This document shows positions 30,116-37,925 of a stretch of DNA of 64,000 bases, in pieces. The notes under the pieces are model-generated. The model saw nothing but the letters and a program-made list of their open reading frames with translations. It was not told where the DNA came from and ran no database searches. This DNA comes from a virus, in IMG/VR virus record IMGVR_UViG_3300028361_000023, positions 9,817 to 73,816 of that record; one strand, given 5' to 3'. Every line of letters starts with the position of its first letter. Position 1 is the stretch's first letter. The translations under genes and the position numbers were made by a program.

Positions 30116-31450
30116 TTAAATTAATATATAAGCAGTTTCAGATGCTCTACTTAAAGCAACATATAATAATCTTTTCATTTCAAGATTATTAGGATTTCTA
30201 ACTAAATTTTTGTAATTTACAATTACAGAAGTATATGTACTTCCTTGTGATTTGTGTGTAGTACAAGAATAACCAAAAGTAAAGTTTTTCTTTTCTATAA
30301 CAGTACCTCTATTAGTTTTTAAATCAAAAGCTAAAACAAACTTTAATCTAAATCTATAATACTTACTCCAACCTTTTCCACCACCAGTACGTTTGGCGAT
30401 TTCTTGTTGAGCATAACACATCTCAGTAATAACATCTTTACTAGGACTACCAACACAAAATAACTCTGTTATGTCGTTTCCATTTCTAATTTTTAATGTT
30501 TTACCTGTTAGTTTAATTCTTTCAACTATTTTAGTACTAGGAGTAATGCTAAGTATAACATAATCTTTACTATTAACAAGTAAAGGTTCATTTTTACCTT
30601 CTCTTAACGTTTGAGTAGCTGTAATTATTTGTTTTTCGTGTAGCCTTAAACTGCCAAATACTTTTTCAACTATTTTATTATTCCAAGCAGTTACAGCATT
30701 GTTAGACCAATTAAGACATTTACAATCTATATTATGTGAGATTAAAAATACTACTTTTTCTAAAATTTTTGCTCCTTCATTATAAATAATATAACCTTTA
30801 TTGTTGTATAATACTTCAGTAGGTTCTTTAATTAGTTCTAAATAATTATTAGTATCGTTAATAACGTCTTTTCTTAAAACAGATAATAGTTGAATAAGAG
30901 GATTATCTTTTTCTTGTCTAACTATTTCAGTAAGAGTTATAACATCTACATCTGTATTACTAAATACATAAGATATTTCCTCATTAACAGGATTAACTTG
31001 AACTTCATCACCTATAAATAAAACTTTAATGTAATTTCTATAACATATAGCTTTAAGCGTTTCATATAATTCTTCATTAATCTGAGAAGCTTCATCTATA
31101 ATTACAAAACTATAGTCTTCTATTATTTGTTTATTAACAACATGAAATATCGGATTTAAAGGGTCAAATTCAGATATATCTAAATTAATACCAATACCTA
31201 AAAGTTGATGTAATGTATAAGCATCAAGAGGACAGTTTTTACCTATAACTTCTTTAGCTTTATGAGTAGGAGCCGCAACACAACAATTATTAGGGTTAAG
31301 TTTTAATACTTTTATTAAATGTTGAGCTAACCAAGTTTTACCAGTACCAGCAGGACCGTTCAAAGTAGTGAAATAACTATTACTATTATACCAATTGTTT
31401 AACCTAATTAAAGCTTCGTTTTGGTCGTTAGTTAATATTACTTCATTCAT
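30116..31450 (-). CDS. SF1B Dda/RecD-like helicase
   Basis: GPAGTGKT, AAPTHKA, IIDEAS, GDEVQ, LTEIVRQ, HKSQGST and YVALSRA motifs. Confidence 0.93.
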   Translation of the reverse strand: MNEVILTNDQNEALIRLNNWYNSNSYFTTLNGPAGTGKTWLAQHLIKVLKLNPNNCCVAAPTHKAKEVIGKNCPLDAYTLHQLLGIGINLDISEFDPLNPIFHVVNKQIIEDYSFVIIDEASQINEELYETLKAICYRNYIKVLFIGDEVQVNPVNEEISYVFSNTDVDVITLTEIVRQEKDNPLIQLLSVLRKDVINDTNNYLELIKEPTEVLYNNKGYIIYNEGAKILEKVVFLISHNIDCKCLNWSNNAVTAWNNKIVEKVFGSLRLHEKQIITATQTLREGKNEPLLVNSKDYVILSITPSTKIVERIKLTGKTLKIRNGNDITELFCVGSPSKDVITEMCYAQQEIAKRTGGGKGWSKYYRFRLKFVLAFDLKTNRGTVIEKKNFTFGYSCTTHKSQGSTYTSVIVNYKNLVRNPNNLEMKRLLYVALSRASETAYILI

Positions 31451-31655
31451 TTGTTCTTTTATAATTTGCTAATCTTTTACGAAAACCTATCAAAGTAGTT
31501 TCACTCATATTTGTAGGTAATTTTGGATAATATTGATCGTGTATTTTATTTGTTTTATGTATTTCAATTTCTTTATTACTCATAAGTTCAACTTTTTTAA
31601 CGTTAGTTGTTGTTTTATTTTGATTAATTCCTTCTGTTATTTCTAATTTTTTCAT
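31443..31655 (-). CDS. Hypothetical protein
   Basis: 70 aa ORF. Confidence 0.6.
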   Translation of the reverse strand: MKKLEITEGINQNKTTTNVKKVELMSNKEIEIHKTNKIHDQYYPKLPTNMSETTLIGFRKRLANYKRTNE

Positions 31656-31672
31656 ATTATTATTGTTATTAA

Positions 31673-31966
31673 TTAAGCTACAGATAAAGTAAAACCAGGA
31701 ATAGTTTCTTCTTTAAAAGGTATAGGTGTAAATGTAGGTATACTAATTACTTGAACGTTAAGTTTAGCTAAAGCTTCAATAATTAATTCAGGATTTTCTA
31801 TTCCTACAATTATTACACTTTTTTTGTTAGTTACTACATTTTTTATAGCTTCTATTTGTTTAGTTCTTTTATTGATACTTTTACAGTTACCAATAGACCA
31901 TCTCATTGTTGGTTGTTTTTTTAATCTATTCATTTTTAGTTGTTTGTTAAATTTATAATACCTCAA
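31673..31966 (-). CDS. Hypothetical protein
   Basis: ORF on the coding strand; the likely start is MNRLKK. Confidence 0.6.
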   Translation of the reverse strand: MRYYKFNKQLKMNRLKKQPTMRWSIGNCKSINKRTKQIEAIKNVVTNKKSVIIVGIENPELIIEALAKLNVQVISIPTFTPIPFKEETIPGFTLSVA

Positions 31967-32282
31967 TAAAGAGGTCGCACAATATGAAGTTGAGTAGTAA
32001 TTAATAACTCTACGTTGTTAGTTATTATTTATACATCTTCATTAGGACTAATACTTTCATATTAGAACGCAAAATAGTAATTATTACGAATTACCTTACT
32101 ATAATGCTGCCAGATTAATCAATAGTTCTCCAACTATATCATAAAATTTATAATTACCTATACGGTATTAATAATGTAACTTGCCTTATTACAAACTATT
32201 TAAGATTTTTTCCTCTCTAGTAGTTTTCCTCTCTTATCAACTTGGTAAAGGTTAATATTGAGTCAATCAAAGAACATAATTC

Positions 32283-32762
32283 TTATTCTTCTTGTTCGTC
32301 TTTAGTCGCTGCTTCTGTAATACTACTATCAGAAGGTGTATCTACAGCAGTTTTCCAATTAATAAGATCATATTCAATATTATTTTGATCTAAAATAGAT
32401 TTTAAATAATTTATATCATCTACTCTTTCAGCGTATTCAGACGTTAAAACATCATAATCCATACATTTATTAAGGATTTCTGTTTTACGATTTTTAATTT
32501 CTATTATATGATTTTCATTACGTAACTTTAAAAGACGTATTTTATCTTCTAAATCGTGTCTAATATTGATATTGTGTTTAAAATCAGCTTTAAGTCTATT
32601 ATGATTCATAAGTAATAAAGCTACAAAAGCTCTACTACCTCCTTTAATTCTGTTCAAAGCCGCACTAGTAATTTCGACATTACCTACTAACACTGAAGGA
32701 ACGTTAATTACTTTACCTTTGTAAATAAATTTTATTTTTTGTTTTTGTTTTTTATTTTTCAT
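32283..32762 (-). CDS. Hypothetical coiled-coil protein
   Basis: 159 aa ORF. Confidence 0.7.
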   Translation of the reverse strand: MKNKKQKQKIKFIYKGKVINVPSVLVGNVEITSAALNRIKGGSRAFVALLLMNHNRLKADFKHNINIRHDLEDKIRLLKLRNENHIIEIKNRKTEILNKCMDYDVLTSEYAERVDDINYLKSILDQNNIEYDLINWKTAVDTPSDSSITEAATKDEQEE

Positions 32763-32923
32763 TTGTTTTTGTTTGTTAATAAAGAAGCTCTCCTACTTCT
32801 ACTTGATGATAAGTAGTTCGGAGAGCATCAATAACTTAATATTAGTACTTCTACTTTTACTACAAGTGTCCTTATTCTGTAATCTTCTAGTAATATTAAG
32901 ATTAGTATTTTAATTAATTTGTA

Positions 32924-33148
32924 TTAATTATTTTGTTCATTTCTACCGTCTACAAAACCTCTATTATAACCGTCAGAATAACTATCATCATCTTCTTGCA
33001 TATTAGGTAATGGTGCATAAGGAGCATAAGGAGCTATACAATTTTCTATTTGATAACAATAACCTTCTTCCCAACCATCTTCATATCCTCTTTCAAAATC
33101 TGTTGTCATACTTACCATAGTAAGCATTAATATTATTAATAATTTCAT
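32924..33148 (-). CDS. Small exported acidic protein with GYxxG repeats
   Basis: Signal-peptide-like start; ERGYEDGWEEGY and SDGYNRGFVDG. Confidence 0.7.
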   Translation of the reverse strand: MKLLIILMLTMVSMTTDFERGYEDGWEEGYCYQIENCIAPYAPYAPLPNMQEDDDSYSDGYNRGFVDGRNEQNN

Positions 33149-33171
33149 TTTATTTATTTTATTTTATTTAT

Positions 33172-33282
33172 TTATCTTAATTCAGGTGGATAATTATCAC
33201 TATCATCAAACATCCAATATATTATTACACCAATTACTATTAGTGTTAATGTTATTTTTATTATTTTTATTATTAACACCAT
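33172..33282 (-). CDS. 36-aa single-TM peptide (not in ORF track)
   Basis: MVLIIKIIKITLTLIVIGVIIYWMFDDSDNYPPELR*; overlaps the upstream micro-ORF. Confidence 0.5.
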   Translation of the reverse strand: MVLIIKIIKITLTLIVIGVIIYWMFDDSDNYPPELR

Positions 33283-33410
33283 CTTTTATTACAGTCAAAA
33301 CATTGAAAACAATTAAAAGATTTAATTAAATCCATAAACTGATTGCAACAAGGTGATTTTGGTTTGTTTTTAAGTTTGTTTATCATTTTGTTTATTATTT
33401 TCTTTATCAT
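33273..33410 (-). CDS. Cys-rich Zn-ribbon-like micro-protein (not in ORF track)
   Basis: ...MINKLKNKPKSPCCNQFMDLIKSFNCFQCFDCNKRWC*; start at 33410 or 33386. Confidence 0.55.
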   Translation of the reverse strand: MIKKIINKMINKLKNKPKSPCCNQFMDLIKSFNCFQCFDCNKRWC

Positions 33411-33550
33411 AATTTTTTTAAATTAAAATACAACAGGTTTCGATGATTTTTGTGCTACCTCTACATTGGTAGTTCCTGTTGTATTATATTATAAATTGTC
33501 TTTAATCCATTCTATAATAGAACAGATGTTTGTTTATAAATTTGATTGTT

Positions 33551-33757
33551 TCATAAAAGTAAATATATAATTGTTAAATAAAGTAATATTATACTAATAG
33601 TTACATATAATATTCTATTAGGTACAATATCTTCTGTTTTTTTATCTATATAATTAACTATATATATAGCAGGTACAAAAATAACTGCTAAACTTACTAT
33701 AAGAAATATAATAATAAGTATTATAAGTCCTATACATTCTTTTGGTGTTGATATCAT
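33551..33757 (-). CDS. Small two-TM membrane protein
   Basis: Two hydrophobic helices. Confidence 0.6.
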   Translation of the reverse strand: MISTPKECIGLIILIIIFLIVSLAVIFVPAIYIVNYIDKKTEDIVPNRILYVTISIILLYLTIIYLLL

Positions 33758-33780
33758 AATTTTATTTTTAATGTTAAATG

Positions 33781-34098
33781 TTAATTTTTTATTACTATTG
33801 ATTCAATTATTGGTATTACAGTAGAATAATCTCTAACCCCATTATAATAAGAATCATCATTTGCATCTATTAATTGAACAAGACGTATATTATAATATAA
33901 CTCATCATAAACATCACAAGTATCTTGTTGTAATGTTTCATTTCCCTCTTTTGTAATGGTTTGACCTAAAACTTCTGCTAATACTCCTAAACAACAATGA
34001 GAATTATCTTTTTTAAGTCGTCCATTTGTTTGAGTATAATTACCACTTTTTAAAGCTTCTAACCATTTATCTTTTATTTCTTGTGTTATTTTATTCAT
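33781..34098 (-). CDS. Conserved phage hypothetical protein
   Basis: KWLEALKSGNYTQ..G.L.....CCLGVL pattern, which I recall from other phages. Confidence 0.75.
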   Translation of the reverse strand: MNKITQEIKDKWLEALKSGNYTQTNGRLKKDNSHCCLGVLAEVLGQTITKEGNETLQQDTCDVYDELYYNIRLVQLIDANDDSYYNGVRDYSTVIPIIESIVIKN

Positions 34099-34384
34099 TA
34101 AGCTTATAATTTTTTAATTTAATTCTATGTGCTTTACATTTATCAGGTCTTTTAGTAACACCTGTTATGTATTCTTCTATTCCATTATAAGAATATTCTA
34201 AATCTAAAGCTTTACCTTTACCATCAGTTATTTCCTCTATAATAAGTTCTTCTTTGTATAACACAGTTATTACATTAAGAAAATAAGTTATATCACCTAA
34301 AATAACAACAGCTTCTACTCCAGATTTTAAGTGATTTATAACTTCATTAGCTGTTGCTGTAATTTTACTTTTATTTCTTTTCAT
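34091..34384 (-). CDS. Hypothetical protein
   Basis: 97 aa ORF. Confidence 0.65.
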   Translation of the reverse strand: MKRNKSKITATANEVINHLKSGVEAVVILGDITYFLNVITVLYKEELIIEEITDGKGKALDLEYSYNGIEEYITGVTKRPDKCKAHRIKLKNYKLNE

Positions 34385-35090
34385 AATTACCTATTCCATT
34401 TATTTATTGTTTAAGTTTTGTAAGTGCTAATATATACTAATTCCATACATATTAATAATTATTGTTGAAAAAAGTTTATTTATTATTTCCAGATGTTCTG
34501 AGTTAAGAATGTTGTTATTATTAAAGTGATTGTTTTGGTTAGCTGGGTGAGTTGATAAATTATTATTGGGTTGAAGTTATATATTAGTAGTGGAATGATG
34601 TTTTGGGTTATAATTGAGAGGTTGTTTTATATGTGGTAGTATAAGTCTACGCTAATAACTGCTATCACTATTAAATCTATCACCACCAAAATCATTATTA
34701 AAATTAATTAACACTTATCCACAACTAATTAACATCACTATCAATTACCATTTATTTATTGTAACTTCGATCTATAGATGCGAAAGCAACTAAATAATCA
34801 TTATTAATAATTGTATTAAAGGAATATAATATATTTTTTTTAAGAGGAAAAAAAGAAAACAAAAATTAAAAATTTTCTTATTTCTTTTTTTAAATTTTTT
34901 TATTAATTATTATTATTATCTCCAAAATCAATATTTTATTTATCTGATTAATTAATAACTAAATAACTATGTTTGAATCTATTATTGGAAATTTACAAAT
35001 AATATCTCTAAAATCATTTTATTTATTATTATTATCTTCAAAATTATTATAACTCATTCCCTTTCCTCTCCCCTCTCCCCCCAAATAAAA

Positions 35091-35468
35091 TTAATCTTCT
35101 TTTTCTAAATTATCATTGATAGAAATACCAAGTTGATTTCCAATTTCAAGAGATTCAACAATTTCTGATGATTTTACGAAATTTTCAAATAAAATTAATG
35201 TTCTATTAGTTCCAACACTATTAACAGTAATTAATTCTTTTATTTGAAAATTTGTTTTTTTTATTTTTATAATATCAAGTTCAATATTTATTCTAGCTTC
35301 AACTTCAGTATTGAATAATGTAATATTAAAGGGAATTAATACATTATTACCTTTAAAAGAAGGTGTAGATATTATAATACCATTAAATTTATCAATAGTA
35401 TGAGTGTTTTTTAAGTTAGTGAAACCTCTAATGGTTACAAAACTATAAGTTGTAAATTTATTTATCAT
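35091..35468 (-). CDS. Hypothetical protein
   Basis: 125 aa ORF preceded by the 21-bp motif. Confidence 0.6.
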   Translation of the reverse strand: MINKFTTYSFVTIRGFTNLKNTHTIDKFNGIIISTPSFKGNNVLIPFNITLFNTEVEARINIELDIIKIKKTNFQIKELITVNSVGTNRTLILFENFVKSSEIVESLEIGNQLGISINDNLEKED

Positions 35469-35508
35469 TTTTTATGTTTATGTTTATTATTATGTTTATT
35501 ATTATTTT

Positions 35509-35548
35509 GATGTTTTGGGTTTAAACCGATGTTTTGGGGTTAAACCGA
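35509..35548. repeat. 19-bp tandem repeat containing the GGTTTAAACC palindrome
   Basis: GATGTTTTGGGTTTAAACC / GATGTTTTGGGGTTAAACC. Confidence 0.85.
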
Positions 35549-35592
35549 ATAACCACAACAATCAGACTCGAATTTAACGAGTACCTGTGTCG

Positions 35593-35613
35593 CAAAAACA
35601 AGTAGATGTAGTA
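35593..35613 (-). promoter_or_regulatory. 21-bp intergenic motif, copy 1 (TACTACATCTACTTGTTTTTG)
   Basis: Identical copy at 36389-36409; both copies are intergenic and upstream of - strand genes. Confidence 0.6.
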
Positions 35614-35680
35614 TTATCGGTAATATAGGGAAGAAAAGAAGATAAATTTAAAAACAATTTTAGAAAAGTATATTAGAAAC

Positions 35681-35715
35681 AAAAAATGCAAGCATATCCG
35701 AAGATACACTTGCAT
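35681..35715 (-). terminator. Rho-independent terminator
   Basis: On the - strand: ATGCAAGTGTATC-TTCG-GATATGCTTGCAT-TTTTT (UUCG loop). Confidence 0.8.
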
Positions 35716-35725
35716 ATTAATTGGA

Positions 35726-36283
35726 TTACATACCCATAGCTGCTTCCATTTCAGCTTCAATAGACATTGCAGGAGTTGCAGAGTGACTAGAAGCTACCAT
35801 AGTTTTAACAGCATTTTGATTAGCTGCAAGAGTAGTTAAACTCCAAGCTGGTAAACCTATTTCGTAATAAGTTTTTTCACCACTATTAAGGTTCTTACGA
35901 AATGAAGCAGTTTTATAGATAAATATATCACCTATTTGAGCTTTATCTCCGGCTTTTACAGTAATAATTTTACCGTCACGTGTAAGTTCAGTATCACGAG
36001 AAGCACCTTCAGTAACAAGAGTACTATTAGTGTCTAAAACTAGCTTATGACCGGCTTTATAATCTACGAAATCAGCTGTAAGAGTACAACCTTTAAGAGC
36101 AGCAGTAATTATACCACTAGCATCAGTAGTTTTAGTACCAAGTTGAGAAGCAAACTCTCTTTTAAGAGCATTTGCTTCAGAAGCTCTTAAATTAATTGAT
36201 TTATCGTTACTAAGTCTAACGATAGAAAATTCTCCATTACTGGCATCCTTGATGTCAGTAATTGTAAACGTTTGTTTGTTCAT
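35726..36283 (-). CDS. Hypothetical protein, probably highly expressed early gene
   Basis: Likely start MNKQTF at 36283 (track start 36337); it has its own upstream motif and terminator. Confidence 0.8.
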   Translation of the reverse strand: MNKQTFTITDIKDASNGEFSIVRLSNDKSINLRASEANALKREFASQLGTKTTDASGIITAALKGCTLTADFVDYKAGHKLVLDTNSTLVTEGASRDTELTRDGKIITVKAGDKAQIGDIFIYKTASFRKNLNSGEKTYYEIGLPAWSLTTLAANQNAVKTMVASSHSATPAMSIEAEMEAAMGM

Positions 36284-36388
36284 AATGTTTAAATGTTTAA
36301 AAGTTGAGTTGTTGAGAAAAATAATATACTTTAACATTTCAGCTAAAAAGTTCGTTAATTATAAAATCAATTATATTAAGGAGTATAT

Positions 36389-36409
36389 CAAAAACAAGTA
36401 GATGTAGTA
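36389..36409 (-). promoter_or_regulatory. 21-bp intergenic motif, copy 2
   Basis: Identical to 35593-35613. Confidence 0.6.
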
Positions 36410-36436
36410 ATCTCTGATTATGTTGTAATAGTGTAG

Positions 36437-36757
36437 TTAACCTACACTATTATCAAGATTATTAAAAGCTTTAGCTATGATATTATTCATAGCTTGTTTC
36501 CTTTTCTTTTGCTCATCTATCTCTTCACGTACTGTACGTATAGTAACTACATCTACAGTAGTAGTATCATACTCCTTAGTACTAAGATAAATAAGTTTCA
36601 ATGCTACAATAGTAAGCACAACACTAACAATTGTCATTGTCATAATAATACTAGCACTAGTATTAGTAACAAGTATAAGAAATACAATAGCATACCAAGA
36701 GAGACATACTAATGTTGTTGTAATGATACGTAGTGTATCCATAAATTTATTTGTCAT
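36437..36757 (-). CDS. Two-TM membrane protein
   Basis: Two hydrophobic helices plus a charged tail. Confidence 0.7.
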   Translation of the reverse strand: MTNKFMDTLRIITTTLVCLSWYAIVFLILVTNTSASIIMTMTIVSVVLTIVALKLIYLSTKEYDTTTVDVVTIRTVREEIDEQKKRKQAMNNIIAKAFNNLDNSVG

Positions 36758-36966
36758 AATTTTCTAATTAAGTTTTAAGTTAAATGTTTATTGAAATGTA
36801 CGGGGGTATGTTCATTTCAAAATTAAGTAGCGGGGGTATCATCTAGGTGGGTTACACGTTAGACAAAAACATCTTCTTTAAAAATAATAAAATAATAAAA
36901 AATTTACAAATCACGAATCATAAAACATAATCATCCCAATCTTTTTAATTATCTTCATAAGCATCC

Positions 36967-36998
36967 AAAAAATCCCCACCAAATTAATGATGAGGATT
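36967..36998 (-). terminator. Rho-independent terminator
   Basis: On the - strand: AATCCTCATCA-TTAATT-TGGTGGGGATT-TTTT. Confidence 0.7.
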
Positions 36999-37034
36999 AA
37001 CGGTAGCGAAACCATCAGCGTCCGTAACAGACAA

Positions 37035-37121
37035 CTATTTTACAACCCAATTACCAATCTTTATCTTATAATCAATAATAGGAATATCTTTAAACTCTAA
37101 CAAACAATATAAAGTAATCAT
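37035..37121 (-). CDS. 28-aa micro-ORF (not in track)
   Basis: MITLYCLLEFKDIPIIDYKIKIGNWVVK*; ATGA overlap with the upstream ORF. Confidence 0.35.
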   Translation of the reverse strand: MITLYCLLEFKDIPIIDYKIKIGNWVVK

Positions 37122-37285
37122 AGCTTTAAATACAAGTAATAAAACATCATTACTAATACGCTAGTAGTTACTATATAAAAATATAAAAACAAAACTTTAT
37201 TAGTTTTTTCAGCTCTTTCTATATAAGCTTTATATAAATAATAACTTCTAGCAAATAAGCTTACTATTAATATAATATCGTACAT
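37118..37285 (-). CDS. 55-aa two-TM micro-protein (not in track)
   Basis: MYDIILIVSLFARSYYLYKAYIERAEKTNKVLFLYFYIVTTSVLVMMFYYLYLKL*. Confidence 0.5.
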   Translation of the reverse strand: MYDIILIVSLFARSYYLYKAYIERAEKTNKVLFLYFYIVTTSVLVMMFYYLYLKL

Positions 37286-37368
37286 AATTTAGTTATTATA
37301 AAAACTACAAATACTATAACTAATAACACTAAAACAAATATATCTTCAGTTGAATATTTATTGTTCAT
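37267..37368 (-). CDS. 33-aa single-TM peptide (not in track)
   Basis: MNNKYSTEDIFVLVLLVIVFVVFIITKLCTILY*; the ATG directly follows the stop of the 37369 gene. Confidence 0.5.
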   Translation of the reverse strand: MNNKYSTEDIFVLVLLVIVFVVFIITKLCTILY

Positions 37369-37620
37369 TTATCTATAACTAATTAATATTCTATACCACT
37401 TAACAAACCAATTATGTCTAACAGCAGGTAAACCTTTTGCCATATTACGTAAAGTATTATTATCAATTAATGCAGCAGTAAGTTTTCCTTTCACATAATA
37501 TTTAATTTCAATTAAAGGATTAGAAATAAGACCTTCATATTCATCAATAGACACTATTCTTACTAGGAGAATCTCACTGTTAGTATTTATTTTAATATTT
37601 ATAAATTTATTCTTTTTCAT
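37369..37620 (-). CDS. Hypothetical protein
   Basis: 83 aa ORF. Confidence 0.65.
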   Translation of the reverse strand: MKKNKFINIKINTNSEILLVRIVSIDEYEGLISNPLIEIKYYVKGKLTAALIDNNTLRNMAKGLPAVRHNWFVKWYRILISYR

Positions 37621-37637
37621 ATTATGTTAATTTTTAT

Positions 37638-37823
37638 TTAAACAGTTTGTATTGTATTAATTACATCCTCTTCTTTGATACAATGATTTTCACCTCTTAT
37701 AGTATCTACTCCGTAATGACCTTTCATTGTTTTATAAATAATACCAACTTTAATAGTGCCTTTAATACCATTAATATTATCTATTGCAATAAAAGATATT
37801 CTAGTTCCTATTTTGTGTTTCAT
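37638..37823 (-). CDS. Small hypothetical beta-rich protein
   Basis: 61 aa ORF. Confidence 0.6.
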   Translation of the reverse strand: MKHKIGTRISFIAIDNINGIKGTIKVGIIYKTMKGHYGVDTIRGENHCIKEEDVINTIQTV

Positions 37824-37831
37824 AAAAAATG

Positions 37832-37874
37832 TTCTTCTTATAGGCAGATTTAATAGGTCTGCCTATAGAAAGAA
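37832..37874. terminator. Stem-loop (terminator, attenuator or processing site)
   Basis: TATAGGCAGA...TCTGCCTATA inverted repeat with no immediate U-tract. Confidence 0.45.
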
Positions 37875-37925
37875 TACTTTTAAAGCATCACAAACAATAG
37901 TAATGCTTTATTGACATAAACAAAC

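Noticed and set aside
35593-36409. CRISPR mini-array from the 21-bp repeats
   Set aside because: The copies are about 800 bp apart with a gene between them; there is no spacer periodicity and no cas gene.
36999-37034. Hammerhead ribozyme (CUGAUG on the - strand)
   Set aside because: It lacks the CUGAUGA core and a correctly placed GAAA.
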